A stretch of DNA of 64,000 bases from Bdellovibrionales bacterium. Its GTDB lineage: Bacteria > Bdellovibrionota > Bdellovibrionia > Bdellovibrionales > JAGQZY01. Made by a program: the position numbers and the translations under genes. The notes beneath the pieces were generated by a model. That model saw only the letters and a program-made list of their open reading frames with translations, searched no databases and was not told the origin of the DNA. Within the stretch, counting starts at the first letter, position 1. Each line of letters begins with the position of its first letter. Below are positions 55,277 to 64,000 of this stretch, one piece after another. Location: positions 616 to 64,615 of the forward strand of contig JBGSNK010000015.1 in NCBI GenBank assembly GCA_041739665.1, given 5' to 3'.

Positions 55277-55720
55277 ATGTTTGCAAAACCTCACTGGAAT
55301 ATTGCCGTGGTCGTGGACAGAAGCCAAGCTCGCTTTATCAACCGCAAGCCATTCAATATATTTGCCACTTTTGTCAACGAATTGGGACGCACTAAAAATC
55401 GCGAGTTCACAGATGACAAGCCTGGACTCAGTCGTGCTAAGGGAGGCGGCCCCTCGAGCACTCACAGTTTAGGAAGTGAAAAAGACCCCACCGCTGAAGC
55501 CGATAAACAGTTTGTGCATGCTCTTTGTGATCGCATTGACAAACTTTGCTACGAAACAAATTTACAACAGTTTTTAATTGTGGCTGAACCTAAAATGAAA
55601 GGCTTGATTCGAGCCAAGCTTAGTTCACAATCCTTAGATAAAAGCTTGTGGATGGACAAAGACCTAGCACACTTTAACAAGCACGAACTCAAAGAAAAAC
55701 TCAAAAACTATGAAGCTTAA
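55277..55720 (+). CDS. Host_attach family protein (protein required for attachment to host cells; eRF1/Pelota-like fold reported)
   Basis: ..AVVVDRSQARFI.., DDKPGLSR, ..FLIVAEPKMKGLIRAKL..DKDL.. follow the family pattern (VVADGxKARxF / DxPGR / LVLVAPPxxLGxLR / KDL). The ATG at 55277 follows AAAGGA. Confidence 0.6.
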   Translation: MFAKPHWNIAVVVDRSQARFINRKPFNIFATFVNELGRTKNREFTDDKPGLSRAKGGGPSSTHSLGSEKDPTAEADKQFVHALCDRIDKLCYETNLQQFLIVAEPKMKGLIRAKLSSQSLDKSLWMDKDLAHFNKHELKEKLKNYEA

Positions 55721-55905
55721 TTAATTATTGTACCTAGCAAAGGGCTTGTACGATTTCAGAGAAATTTTACAAGCCCTTTACAATTATAGCCGCTTGCCTA
55801 TTAAACCCACCCTTAGTTTATTTTTTTTGACGACATAATTATAGGGCGGGTGGGCAGTGATTTTTTATACTCAAAGCATCATGTTGCAGTTCTTGTGCAA
55901 GAGAA

Positions 55906-56073
55906 TTTCCTAGATTCATTTCTCTATAAAATCAGACCTCGGACAAGTCGTGAAGCGTTCGCGGGCAAAGCCCGCGATGTCGGTGAGGGGCCACAGCATG
56001 CTTAGCTGTACAGCTAAGGCATGTGGCCGTCAGGAGCCCGTGTCTGTTTTTATAGAGAAATGAATCTAGGAAA
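55906..56073 (+). repeat. Structured palindromic repeat, copy 2: 32-bp closing stem plus a 104-nt core carrying an extra hairpin
   Basis: Arms TTTCCTAGATTCATTTCTCTATAAAATCAGAC / GTCTGTTTTTATAGAGAAATGAATCTAGGAAA with one mismatch. The core is collinear with copy 1 except for a ~40-nt hairpin inserted at 55989-56028. Lies between convergent gene ends. Confidence 0.8.
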
Positions 56074-56105
56074 CGGTCTTATATGCAACAAGGCTCACAA
56101 ATTTA

Positions 56106-56660
56106 TTACATTTGTTTGAAGAATTCTAAAGCTCCAGGGGAAGCCCAGTCTTGAATTCCGATAATCTTTTTTTGCAGGCGACCTTCTTGATCAAAGATAA
56201 AGCCTTCTGGCAAACGGTCCACTGCAAAGGCTTGGCTAAGCTCTTTCCCCTTGTCCATTGTTAAAATCAGGTTGGGACGATAGCCATCAAAAGCTTTGAC
56301 GAAGTCGCGAACCTCTTGCTCTTCATAGTCGTGGGAAATTGCCACCAATCTTATTTTATCTGGGAAGGCGTCCATGAGTTTCACAAAAGAGGGAAATTCC
56401 TCTACGCAGGGCTCACACCATGTGGCCCAAAAACTGAGAATAAGGACTTTGCCTTTGAAGCTGCTCAAGGCAATAGTCTCGCCTGTAAGAGTGGTGAGCT
56501 TAATCTCTTCACCCTTATAAATACCGGCATTTTCAAGGTCGTCTAGGACTTTGTAGGACTTCGGCACCTTTTGGGATTCCCAATTGCTGTTTTGCCAATA
56601 GAGAGAGCCCACTCCAATGGCCACACCTAACACAATAAATAAGCCAATCACTTTTTTCAT
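56106..56660 (-). CDS. TlpA/ResA-like periplasmic thiol:disulfide oxidoreductase
   Basis: N-terminal anchor and a thioredoxin fold with WATWCEPC. Confidence 0.8.
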   Translation of the reverse strand: MKKVIGLFIVLGVAIGVGSLYWQNSNWESQKVPKSYKVLDDLENAGIYKGEEIKLTTLTGETIALSSFKGKVLILSFWATWCEPCVEEFPSFVKLMDAFPDKIRLVAISHDYEEQEVRDFVKAFDGYRPNLILTMDKGKELSQAFAVDRLPEGFIFDQEGRLQKKIIGIQDWASPGALEFFKQM

Positions 56661-56711
56661 GATTTAAATATAAAGAAGCTTAGCGAAGTTGTCACCCTCC
56701 ACCGACAGCTA

Positions 56712-56743
56712 CAAATGAAAATGCCCACAACTGAGTTGCGGGC
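56712..56743 (-). terminator. Intrinsic terminator of the alpha operon
   Basis: Minus-strand hairpin GCCCGCAAC-UCA-GUUGUGGGC (9 bp, one G.U that would be an A-C mismatch on the + strand), followed by AUUUUCAUUU. Begins 25 nt after the rplQ stop. Confidence 0.6.
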
Positions 56744-56768
56744 ACTACAATATTTTTGGAGTTTTAAA

Positions 56769-57323
56769 CTAGGCTTGTGGACGATTGGCGCGACGAGACT
56801 CTTGTTGAATCTTGCGAACGCGTTTTTTCTTGACCGCAGCAGCTCTCTCGGCTTGCTTAGCTCTGTAAGCAGTAAACTCTTCGGGAGACATCTCTTTGAT
56901 CACTTGCTTTTTATCCGGACCACGAGTTTTCACCTTAATAGGTGTTTCATTGGTTTTTGAAGGATCATAATCAACAAACTCAATAAATGCCATTGGAGCG
57001 CCATCACCCATTCGGTGACCCAGTTTTAAAATACGGGTGTAACCACCAGGAGTGTCTTTGAATCGGTTCTTTGATAAATCATTCACGATCTTGCTGACTG
57101 TAGATTTGTTTGGGTAGCGAGACAACAAAACACGGAGAGCACTCAGATCACCCTTACGGCCAATTGTGATGGCCCTTTCAACATGGCGACGAAGTTCTTT
57201 TGCTTTTGGTAAAGTTGTTTTAATGCGCTCGTGCTCAACAAGTGAACTCACAAGCCCACGGATCAATGCTTTTCTAGCTTCAGGGGATCGCGAGAATCTT
57301 TTTGCATGTCTTCTATGTCTCAT
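56769..57323 (-). CDS. rplQ: 50S ribosomal protein L17 with a ~60-aa basic C-terminal extension
   Basis: MRHRRHAKRFSRSPEARKALIRGL..HERIKTT..KAKELRRHVE is canonical L17. The protein continues to 184 aa. Confidence 0.95.
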   Translation of the reverse strand: MRHRRHAKRFSRSPEARKALIRGLVSSLVEHERIKTTLPKAKELRRHVERAITIGRKGDLSALRVLLSRYPNKSTVSKIVNDLSKNRFKDTPGGYTRILKLGHRMGDGAPMAFIEFVDYDPSKTNETPIKVKTRGPDKKQVIKEMSPEEFTAYRAKQAERAAAVKKKRVRKIQQESRRANRPQA

Positions 57324-57398
57324 TTCTGACTCCTATTAAAAAAGTCCATTTTTCTCGCTGATGTTTTCACTCAACTTATGGACTTTTCAATTCCTTAT

Positions 57399-58481
57399 TT
57401 ACTGGTGGTCTCCACTAGTGCCCATACCACCCATTCCCATATCGTCATCAACCACAGGGTTGGAACGAATGGGCGTGGCGTTTGGATCCCAATTGGCAGG
57501 AGGCCAGCCATCGATCTTCATTCCAAGACCGAGACCCATTTCCGTTAAAATTTCTTTAATTTCGTTAAGAGACTTACGACCAAAGTTTTTGGTTTTTAGC
57601 ATCTCGGCTTCAGAGCGAACAACGAGCTCACCAATGTGGCGAATGTTGGCATTCTTCAAGCAGTTGGCGCTACGCACAGAAAGTTCAAGATCATCAACAG
57701 AACGGAAAAGATTTTCGTTCAATTGAGTGTTTTGAGTTTCAATTTTCTCTTCAGTCGGAGCGACATCTTCGTCAAAGTTAATGAAGATTTGCATTTGCTC
57801 TTTCATGATTTTGGCAGCCAAAGCCACAGACTCTTCGGGGCGAACAGAGCCATCCGTCCAAACTTCCAAGCTCAAAGCATCGTAATCAGTACGTTGCCCC
57901 ACACGAGCGTTTGAAACATTGTAGTTCACGCGAGTGATTGGAGAATAAAGGGAATCCATATTGATAGTCCCAATACCTAATGTGTCGGCTTCATGCTCTT
58001 CAGCGGGAACATAACCGCGCCCAAAGGTCACACGAATCTGAGCATTGAAGACGCCGTTGTCACCAAGAGTGGCAATATGGTGATCAGGATTCAGAACTTG
58101 AACTTTGTCATTTGTCTGAATATCAGCAGCCGTCACTTTACCAGGCCCCTGCTTATTGATTGTTAAGACTTGTGGATCTGCTGAGTGCTGAGCAAAGCGG
58201 ACGTCTTTAAGGTTGAGGATTATGTCCGTCACATCTTCAATCACGTCGGGCATAGTTGAGAACTCGTGCATGACGTTTTCAATTTTAATAGCAGAGACAG
58301 CAGAGCCCATCATAGAGCTCAAAAGAACTCGTCTCATGGAGTTTCCAAGAGTGATGCCGTAGCCTTTTTCAAGTGGGCTCACGTTGAACTTACCATAACG
58401 ATGGGAGAGTGAATCGCGATCGATTTCAAAAGATTTTGGTTTAATCAAATCATGCCAAAATTTATAATAATGTTCTTGCAT
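57399..58481 (-). CDS. rpoA: DNA-directed RNA polymerase alpha subunit
   Basis: NTD (..[15 protein letters not shown]..) and CTD ([23 protein letters not shown]). Has an extra ~30-aa Gly/Met/Asp-rich C-terminal tail. Confidence 0.95.
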   Translation of the reverse strand: MQEHYYKFWHDLIKPKSFEIDRDSLSHRYGKFNVSPLEKGYGITLGNSMRRVLLSSMMGSAVSAIKIENVMHEFSTMPDVIEDVTDIILNLKDVRFAQHSADPQVLTINKQGPGKVTAADIQTNDKVQVLNPDHHIATLGDNGVFNAQIRVTFGRGYVPAEEHEADTLGIGTINMDSLYSPITRVNYNVSNARVGQRTDYDALSLEVWTDGSVRPEESVALAAKIMKEQMQIFINFDEDVAPTEEKIETQNTQLNENLFRSVDDLELSVRSANCLKNANIRHIGELVVRSEAEMLKTKNFGRKSLNEIKEILTEMGLGLGMKIDGWPPANWDPNATPIRSNPVVDDDMGMGGMGTSGDHQ

Positions 58482-58507
58482 CAGGGGCTTCTCCTAAAAA
58501 GTCTAAA

Positions 58508-58900
58508 TTAAATTCTACGTCTTTTGGGGGGACGGCAACCGTTGTGTGGCACAGGGGTCACATCGCGCATTGAAGTCACTTTCATTCCCGCGTTCGCTAG
58601 AGCACGGATGGCCGGTTCACGCCCAGCTCCTGGCCCCTTTAGAAAAACATCAACAGCGCGAACACCCATTTCAGCTGCCTTTTTGGCCACGTCTTCGGCG
58701 GTCATCTGTGCGGCAAATGGTGTTCCACGTCGACTGCCCTTGAAACCAATAGCTCCAGCACTCGACCAACAAAGTGTGTTTCCTGCAGGGTCGGCGATAG
58801 TCACAATTGTGTTACCAAAACCAGCTTGCACAAGGCACTTCCCGTTGGGGACGTTTTTCTTAACTTTCTTTTTTGTGGTTTTTGCTTTCTTTACTGCCAT
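58508..58900 (-). CDS. rpsK: 30S ribosomal protein S11
   Basis: ..[14 protein letters not shown]...[38 protein letters not shown]. Confidence 0.95.
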   Translation of the reverse strand: MAVKKAKTTKKKVKKNVPNGKCLVQAGFGNTIVTIADPAGNTLCWSSAGAIGFKGSRRGTPFAAQMTAEDVAKKAAEMGVRAVDVFLKGPGAGREPAIRALANAGMKVTSMRDVTPVPHNGCRPPKRRRI

Positions 58901-58915
58901 TTTTTAATTCACTCC

Positions 58916-59290
58916 TTAAACAGCCTTCTTCTTATTGGCCACGGTCTTTTTCGGACCTTTACGAGTTCGAGCATTTTGCTTTGAAGACTGTCCACGCACA
59001 GGAAGACCTTTGCGATGACGTAAACCACGGTAGCATCCTAAATCCATCAAACGTTTGATAGACATGGAGACCTCACGACGAAGATCACCTTCAACTTTAT
59101 AATTTCCTTCGATAAAATCACGAAGGCGAGCCACATCGGCGTCAGTCAGTTCGTGGGTTCTCTTGCTGGGCTCATAGCCCATCAACTTCACTAAGTCTTT
59201 GGCACGCTTTGGACCAATCCCATAGAGATAAGTGAGTGAAATTTCGAGTCTTTTGTTTTTAGGTAAATCAACCCCAGAAATACGAGCCAT
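58916..59290 (-). CDS. rpsM: 30S ribosomal protein S13
   Basis: [26 protein letters not shown]..; ..[17 protein letters not shown].. Confidence 0.95.
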   Translation of the reverse strand: MARISGVDLPKNKRLEISLTYLYGIGPKRAKDLVKLMGYEPSKRTHELTDADVARLRDFIEGNYKVEGDLRREVSMSIKRLMDLGCYRGLRHRKGLPVRGQSSKQNARTRKGPKKTVANKKKAV

Positions 59291-59403
59291 TATCCTTGCC
59301 TTTGCTTATGTTTAGGGTTTTCACAAATGACGCGAATAACACCTTTACGTTTGATGACCTTACAGTTTTTACACATGGGTTTGACCGATGCACGAACCTT
59401 CAT
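59290..59403 (-). CDS. rpmJ: 50S ribosomal protein L36 (37 aa; below the ORF-track cutoff)
   Basis: Hand translation of the minus strand: [37 protein letters not shown]. The stop overlaps the rpsM start (TAATG). Confidence 0.9.
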   Translation of the reverse strand: MKVRASVKPMCKNCKVIKRKGVIRVICENPKHKQRQG

Positions 59404-59703
59404 TTTTTACCTCTTTAAAAAAAACATTCCCATTCTTGTAAGCACTTGATTTATCTATATTTTTTAGAGATCTTGAACTACAAAAAAGTCAAAAAAAAAT
59501 ATAAAAATCAACCCTTTATTGGTAACGGACCGCAAAACTTAACACCTTAAGTTGGGCGTCGTCCAGTATAAATCCAAAATTCTTTCAAGTTTTTTACCCT
59601 CTTAAAAGAGTCAAAACAAGAACTTCACTTTCTGTCTGGAACGAGTGTCAAAGTCCTTGAAACTCTTGATGGGCAAGCCGCTTAAAGCTCTAGGATGAAA
59701 AAC

Positions 59704-60342
59704 CTACAAATAGGGTTGAAACCTTGCAAAGACCCTATCTGGGTTGCCCTGGCCATCAATGGCCACAAATAAACCTTTTTTTTGATAATACTCTTTGAGG
59801 GGTTCCGTGCTTTTTGCATAGGCCTCTAATCGAGTAGAAATCACACTTTCACTATCATCTTTTCGTTGGTAGGTTTCGCCACCACATTTGTCACAAATAC
59901 CTTCGACACGAGGCGGACTGGAGTCTACATGATACACGGCCCCACAGTCGCGACATAAGCGTCGGCCAGTGAGGCGAGTCAGTAGTGTCTCTTGGGGAAC
60001 TTCAAGAAAAAGAGCGTGACGTATAGGGCTGACACCCATGTCATGCACAAGCTTTTCAAGAGCTTCAGCCTGAGGTGAGGTTCTCGGAAAACCATCAAAA
60101 ATAAAATCCTGCCCCTTGTTGTTTTCTAAAACTTCCTTAACTAGACCTATCGTCACAGAGTCCGGAACAAGTTGTCCGGAGTCCACATAAGATTTGGCTT
60201 CTAAACCCAGAGGTGTGTTGTTTTTCATCGCCGTGCGGAAGAGATCTCCAGTGCTGATATGGTATTTTCCACCATCGCGAATCATACGCGCAGCTTGAGT
60301 TCCCTTGCCTGCTCCCGGAGGTCCGAACAAAACAAGACTCAA
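59704..60342 (-). CDS. adk: Adenylate kinase (Zn-finger lid type)
   Basis: GPPGAGKGTQ P-loop. Lid with CRDCG...CDKCGG. TTG start overlapping the secY stop (TTGA). Confidence 0.9.
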   Translation of the reverse strand: MSLVLFGPPGAGKGTQAARMIRDGGKYHISTGDLFRTAMKNNTPLGLEAKSYVDSGQLVPDSVTIGLVKEVLENNKGQDFIFDGFPRTSPQAEALEKLVHDMGVSPIRHALFLEVPQETLLTRLTGRRLCRDCGAVYHVDSSPPRVEGICDKCGGETYQRKDDSESVISTRLEAYAKSTEPLKEYYQKKGLFVAIDGQGNPDRVFARFQPYL

Positions 60343-61667
60343 AACTGAACTCGCTTTTTGCGCGGACGACTTTGAGCTCGAATCATAGCTTCGTAGCGAT
60401 AGCCATTGACCTTTTCTATCATTTGGATAGCCACACCCACAAGAATGAGGAGACTGGTTCCACCAAAATAAAAAGGCACATTAAGACGAGCGATCATAAT
60501 TGTTGGCAAAATACAGACGGCACTTAAATAAATAGCTCCGACCACATTCACACGTTCCATCACTTTTGAAATATAATTGGCCGTGCTTTTGCCAGCGCGA
60601 ATTCCTGGAATAAACTTACCTGACTTCTTAAGGTTCTCAGAAATTTCTGTGGGAGGAAATACGATTTCTGTATAGAAAAAACAGAAGAACACAATCAACC
60701 CAATGAAAAGAATGTTGTAAAGACCGCCACCCGTCGGGCTCAAGGGATTCATATAGTCTTGTACAACTTGCACCCAGGCCGCATCGGAGAAACTTGAGAT
60801 AGTGGCCGGCATCATCAAAATGGAGCTAGCAAAAATAGGTGGAATCACACCCGATGGATTCACCTTAATTGGGAAAAAGCTTCCCATCATTTGACCTTTG
60901 CCACCACCCTTTTGGGAAACGTGGATGGGCAGTCGTCTTTGGGACACTTCCATAAAAATAATGAAGGCCACTACAACCACCATAAAAGCCAATAGCATCA
61001 GACCCAAAAGTCCATTGATCTGACCGTTGGAAACGAGAGTCCATAAACCCATGGCACCAGAGGGAATGCCCGCTGCAATACCGGCGTAGATGATCATACT
61101 AGCGCCTTCGCCAATACCAAATTCAGAAATTTGTTCACCAAGCCACATGATAAAACATGTTCCGGCAACTAGAGTGATGATTGTCATAACTTGAAAGGAG
61201 ACGGCACCAACCTGAGGGTAATAGAGAGCCTCACCAGAGGGTCCACTTTGTCCCATCAGCCAGCTAGAAATGGCATAACCTTGGATGGTCGCTAAAACCA
61301 CCGTGGACCAACGAGTGTATTGGGTGATCTTGCGTTGCCCCGAAGTCCCTTCTTTTTTGAGTGCTTCAAGGTATGGAATCGTAGCCGTCAAAAGCTGAAA
61401 GATAATCGACGCTGAAATATAGGGCATGATTCCCAGAGCAAAAACGCTAAATTGGTTGAGAGCTCCACCGGTGAAAGTGTTGAACAGACCAAAAAGGCCT
61501 CCCTGATTCTCAAAGAAACCCTTGACCACTTCACTGTTGATTCCGGGAGTTGGAACATGAACGCCCAAACGATAAACCAACAAAATAAAGAGGGTGAAGA
61601 GCAGCCTGCGGCGTAAATCTTCATTTTGGAGTAAACTCTCAGTTGATGCTGCAGATGCTGTTGCCAC
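60339..61667 (-). CDS. secY: Preprotein translocase subunit SecY
   Basis: 10-TM profile. ..LFTLFILLVYRLG..IPTPGI.., ..FALGIMPYISASII... GTG start. Confidence 0.95.
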   Translation of the reverse strand: MATASAASTESLLQNEDLRRRLLFTLFILLVYRLGVHVPTPGINSEVVKGFFENQGGLFGLFNTFTGGALNQFSVFALGIMPYISASIIFQLLTATIPYLEALKKEGTSGQRKITQYTRWSTVVLATIQGYAISSWLMGQSGPSGEALYYPQVGAVSFQVMTIITLVAGTCFIMWLGEQISEFGIGEGASMIIYAGIAAGIPSGAMGLWTLVSNGQINGLLGLMLLAFMVVVVAFIIFMEVSQRRLPIHVSQKGGGKGQMMGSFFPIKVNPSGVIPPIFASSILMMPATISSFSDAAWVQVVQDYMNPLSPTGGGLYNILFIGLIVFFCFFYTEIVFPPTEISENLKKSGKFIPGIRAGKSTANYISKVMERVNVVGAIYLSAVCILPTIMIARLNVPFYFGGTSLLILVGVAIQMIEKVNGYRYEAMIRAQSRPRKKRVQF

Positions 61668-62104
61668 TAGATGACCTCTACTTTTCCACCAGCCTTTTCA
61701 ATTTCCGCTTTGGCGGCCGCACTGAATTTGTGAGCCTTGACGGTGAGAGACTTATCCAATTTACCGTTTGCCAAAACTTTGAGTTTTTCTGTCTTTTTTA
61801 GAAAACCCTGTTCTGCCAAAAGTGCCGGACTGACTTCACCTTCGTAACGGTTAAGCTGCTGAAGATTGATGATAACATAATTGTCTTTGAAGTCCGTATT
61901 TTTAAAACCAAACTTAGGCAGACGACGATGCAAAGGAGTTTGCCCCCCTTCAAAACCACGTTTGACTTTTCCACCAGATCTTGCGAGTTGGCCTTTGTGG
62001 CCCTTTCCAGCGGTTCCGCCCTGACCAGACCCGTCGCCGCGACCGATTCTTTTTTTCTTGTGCGTTGCACCTTTGTTGGGTGCTAATTCTGATAACAAAC
62101 TCAT
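61667..62104 (-). CDS. rplO: 50S ribosomal protein L15
   Basis: ..[46 protein letters not shown]. Confidence 0.95.
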   Translation of the reverse strand: MSLLSELAPNKGATHKKKRIGRGDGSGQGGTAGKGHKGQLARSGGKVKRGFEGGQTPLHRRLPKFGFKNTDFKDNYVIINLQQLNRYEGEVSPALLAEQGFLKKTEKLKVLANGKLDKSLTVKAHKFSAAAKAEIEKAGGKVEVI

Positions 62105-62105
62105 C

Positions 62106-62291
62106 TTAATTCTCCACTGTCACTTCAAGTAAATGCTGAACCTTTAAAATCTGACCACGAGTAGCAGGATGATCGGGCACAACGACAACAGACTCACGTT
62201 TCCTTAAACCCAAACAACGAACGGTGTCTTTTTGGGTCTGTGTGCAGCCAATCAGACTTCTCTTGAGTTTTACTTTAAAATTCTTTGCCAT
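62106..62291 (-). CDS. rpmD: 50S ribosomal protein L30
   Basis: ..[26 protein letters not shown].....[19 protein letters not shown]. The ATG at 62291 has GAGG 8 nt upstream. Confidence 0.9.
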   Translation of the reverse strand: MAKNFKVKLKRSLIGCTQTQKDTVRCLGLRKRESVVVVPDHPATRGQILKVQHLLEVTVEN

Positions 62292-62315
62292 ATCCATTAC
62301 CTCGACGATTCTATT

Positions 62316-62780
62316 TTACTTGTAAGTTGTAATAAACTCTTGTCCCTGCAACTGGCCCAACCCATCGAGAGTGGCGCGCACGGCATTGTGAGCATTTCTT
62401 GTACCCACACACTTTGTTAATATATCTTTAACACCCACTGATTCGAGGACTGCTCGAACCGGTCCACCGGCAATTACTCCTGTTCCTGGGGCGGCAGGTC
62501 TCATGATCACACGCGCGGCTCCAAACTGACCCACCACTTCGTGAGCAATAGTGCGACCTTCCACTAAGGGAAACTGAATAAAGGATTTCTTTGCTCCGCG
62601 TGTGGCTTTACCGATAGCTTCGGGAACTTCTCCAGCTTTACCCATCCCAAAACCGACACTGCCAGCTCCGTTACCTACCACTACAAGAGCGGAAAAGGAA
62701 AAACGTCGACCACCTTTAACAACTTTGGCCACGCGATTGATGGATACCACTCTTTCTTCATATTCTGGCATTTCTTGCAT
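62316..62780 (-). CDS. rpsE: 30S ribosomal protein S5
   Basis: ..[40 protein letters not shown]. Confidence 0.95.
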   Translation of the reverse strand: MQEMPEYEERVVSINRVAKVVKGGRRFSFSALVVVGNGAGSVGFGMGKAGEVPEAIGKATRGAKKSFIQFPLVEGRTIAHEVVGQFGAARVIMRPAAPGTGVIAGGPVRAVLESVGVKDILTKCVGTRNAHNAVRATLDGLGQLQGQEFITTYK

Positions 62781-62790
62781 CGATGTTCTC

Positions 62791-63159
62791 CTAAACCTCT
62801 AAACCGGCTTCTCTAGCTCCATCCGCCAAAGACTTTACGCGTCCGTGGTAGATGTACCCACTGCGATCAAACACAGCCTTGGTGATATTTTTTTCTTTAG
62901 CTCTTTCTGCGATAAGCTTTCCAACCTCTTGAGCCGCTTGCTTACCTTTTGTAGAAATCTTATCCTGCAAAGTCGAAGCACTCACGAGAGTTTTACCCGT
63001 CGCATCGTCAATCATCTGAGCATAAATATTTTTAGTGCTTTTATAAACGCAAAGGCGAGGACGCATTTCATCGCCCGCTACTTTTTTGCGAATCTTCATT
63101 CTTTTCTTCATACGGAGTTTTAGTTTATCACCCCATTTTTTTCGTATCGTCACTCGCAT
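62791..63159 (-). CDS. rplR: 50S ribosomal protein L18
   Basis: ..[29 protein letters not shown]..; ..[24 protein letters not shown]. Confidence 0.9.
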   Translation of the reverse strand: MRVTIRKKWGDKLKLRMKKRMKIRKKVAGDEMRPRLCVYKSTKNIYAQMIDDATGKTLVSASTLQDKISTKGKQAAQEVGKLIAERAKEKNITKAVFDRSGYIYHGRVKSLADGAREAGLEV

Positions 63160-63175
63160 CTTACTGTCCTCTTAC

Positions 63176-63718
63176 CTATTTACCGGCTGATTTTCCTTCT
63201 TTACGACGGATCACTTCATCACTATATCGAACACCTTTACCCAAGAAAGGCTCGGGTGGTCTGAAGTTGCGGATCTTGGCTGCAACCTGACCCACTTGCT
63301 CTTTGCTTGCTCCAGAAATGACAACAGTCGTCTGCTTATCTACTTTAATATCAATCCCATCGGGGATCGGAAACTTGATGGGGTGAGAATAGCCCAAAGA
63401 CAACTCAAGGGTCTTACCAGAAACAGAAGATCTGTAACCCACACCATTGAGAATCAAAGTCTTAGAGAAGCCTTCTGTGACACCGGTCACCGCATTTTGC
63501 ACCAAAGAACGGTAAAGACCGTGAAGGGCGCGACCTTTTTGAGTCTCTTCCAGTCTGTCGATAAAAATTTGATTTCCTTCGATCCGAGCTTTTACCTGAG
63601 GAAGCATTTTCACCTTTTGAGTGGAATTGCCAGCCTTCACGATAACTTCGTTTTCTGGAGTCACACTCACGTTGACTTTGCTATCAAAATTAACCGGATA
63701 TTTTCCAATACGTGACAT
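63176..63718 (-). CDS. rplF: 50S ribosomal protein L6
   Basis: MSRIGKYPV......V.V......V.VKG..; ..GVGYRS...GK.LELSLGYSHP....P.GI; ..PPEPFLGKGVRY. Confidence 0.95.
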   Translation of the reverse strand: MSRIGKYPVNFDSKVNVSVTPENEVIVKAGNSTQKVKMLPQVKARIEGNQIFIDRLEETQKGRALHGLYRSLVQNAVTGVTEGFSKTLILNGVGYRSSVSGKTLELSLGYSHPIKFPIPDGIDIKVDKQTTVVISGASKEQVGQVAAKIRNFRPPEPFLGKGVRYSDEVIRRKEGKSAGK

Positions 63719-63727
63719 ATCTTTTAC

Positions 63728-64000
63728 CTACCAAACGACACAGAGGAGTTCGCCACCGACATTTTGGTCTTTGGCCTGTCCACCGCTCATGATTCCTCTA
63801 CTTGTACTTAAAATTGCCAGTCCGTAACCGGCTCGAATATTTGGAATATCAGAAGCTCTGACGTATTCGCGACGACTGGGGCGACTGTATCTCTTCAAAC
63901 GAGAGATCACGGGCTTACCAGCCTCATCATACTTCAAATAAACTCTCATCATCCCCTGCTTGCTGTCTTTTACAACTTTGAAGCTGGTGATGTAATTTTG
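63728..64000 (-). CDS. rpsH: 30S ribosomal protein S8, C-terminal part; 5' end lies beyond the window
   Basis: ..RPSRREYV....IP.IRAGYGLAILSTSRGIMSG..A....VGGELLCVVW. The frame stays open to the window edge. Confidence 0.9.
   Translation of the reverse strand, partial: QNYITSFKVVKDSKQGMMRVYLKYDEAGKPVISRLKRYSRPSRREYVRASDIPNIRAGYGLAILSTSRGIMSGGQAKDQNVGGELLCVVW

Noticed and set aside
55739-55779. A perfect 12-bp inverted repeat AAAGGGCTTGTA...TACAAGCCCTTT lies 19 nt after the Host_attach gene stop.
   Set aside because: I did not call it an intrinsic terminator: the loop is 17 nt and no U-tract follows on either strand. It may be a protein-binding site or part of the neighbouring repeat's flank, and I cannot decide from sequence alone.
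55955-55980. GGGCAAAGCCC in the repeat core resembles a fragment of the c-di-GMP-I (GEMM-I) riboswitch.
   Set aside because: The resemblance is only a short GNRA-like hairpin. None of the other conserved GEMM features are present. Copy 1 has a different loop (TTTA). Both copies lie at gene 3' ends rather than in 5' leaders.
59404-59703. I looked for a degraded infA or map gene in the 300-bp gap between adk and rpmJ.
   Set aside because: All six frames are riddled with stops. No IF-1-like (..GKMRKN.IR...GD.V..E..PYD..) or MetAP-like peptide fragments are visible. The stretch is AT-rich non-coding DNA.
1-64000. I scanned the whole window for CRISPR arrays, IS elements or transposases, integrases, prophage genes and rRNA.
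   Set aside because: I saw no spaced short direct-repeat arrays, DDE or Tyr/Ser-recombinase motifs, capsid or terminase-like ORFs, or rRNA-like sequence. The only repeated DNA noticed is the two-copy palindromic element and short local repeats.

Overview
The window is a gene-dense chromosomal segment with about 70 protein genes, one tRNA and no rRNA. I found no CRISPR array and no transposase, integrase or phage genes. Gene content suggests a Bdellovibrio-like predatory bacterium: many secreted or lipoprotein hydrolases, a Host_attach-family protein, DUF885, a mitochondrial-type aconitase and a sphingolipid-related ceramidase. That taxon call is inference only. Reading left to right: nadC(partial)-birA; aconitase; a top6B-top6A operon (archaeal-type topoisomerase VI) next to an HNH nuclease; bolA-grxD; a four-gene phosphorelay (REC-PilZ-like, REC, HK, Hpt); ceramidase with a GbsR-like regulator; photolyase divergent from a YfcH::SRPBCC fusion plus lipocalin; secreted proteases; tRNA-Arg(UCU); korAB; a sigma-54 activator with cdsA-like and plsC-like genes; serA; ptrB-manC-metF; a TIGR03546/TIGR03545-like pair; a secreted GH19 hydrolase with a coupled partner; two tandem paralogous ~1000-aa Ig+NHL beta-propeller lipoproteins; a compact five-gene envelope-spanning operon; a yciH-CBS-Host_attach trio; and the spc/alpha ribosomal cluster (rpsH..secY-adk, rpmJ-rpsM-rpsK-rpoA-rplQ). 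The best candidate for an undescribed system is the five-gene operon at 49.9-54.3 kb. It encodes a PEGA/TPR lipoprotein, MotA, MotB, a membrane protein joining a periplasmic FliF/YscJ-like domain to a cytoplasmic FliG-like domain, and a small OM beta-barrel. It has no other flagellar genes nearby and sits divergently next to the NHL lipoprotein pair. The second notable signal is a structured palindromic repeat present twice (about 43.4 kb and 55.9 kb). Both copies lie in convergent 3' gaps, and compensatory substitutions preserve the helices. All calls come from reading the translations and the DNA by eye; no searches were run.
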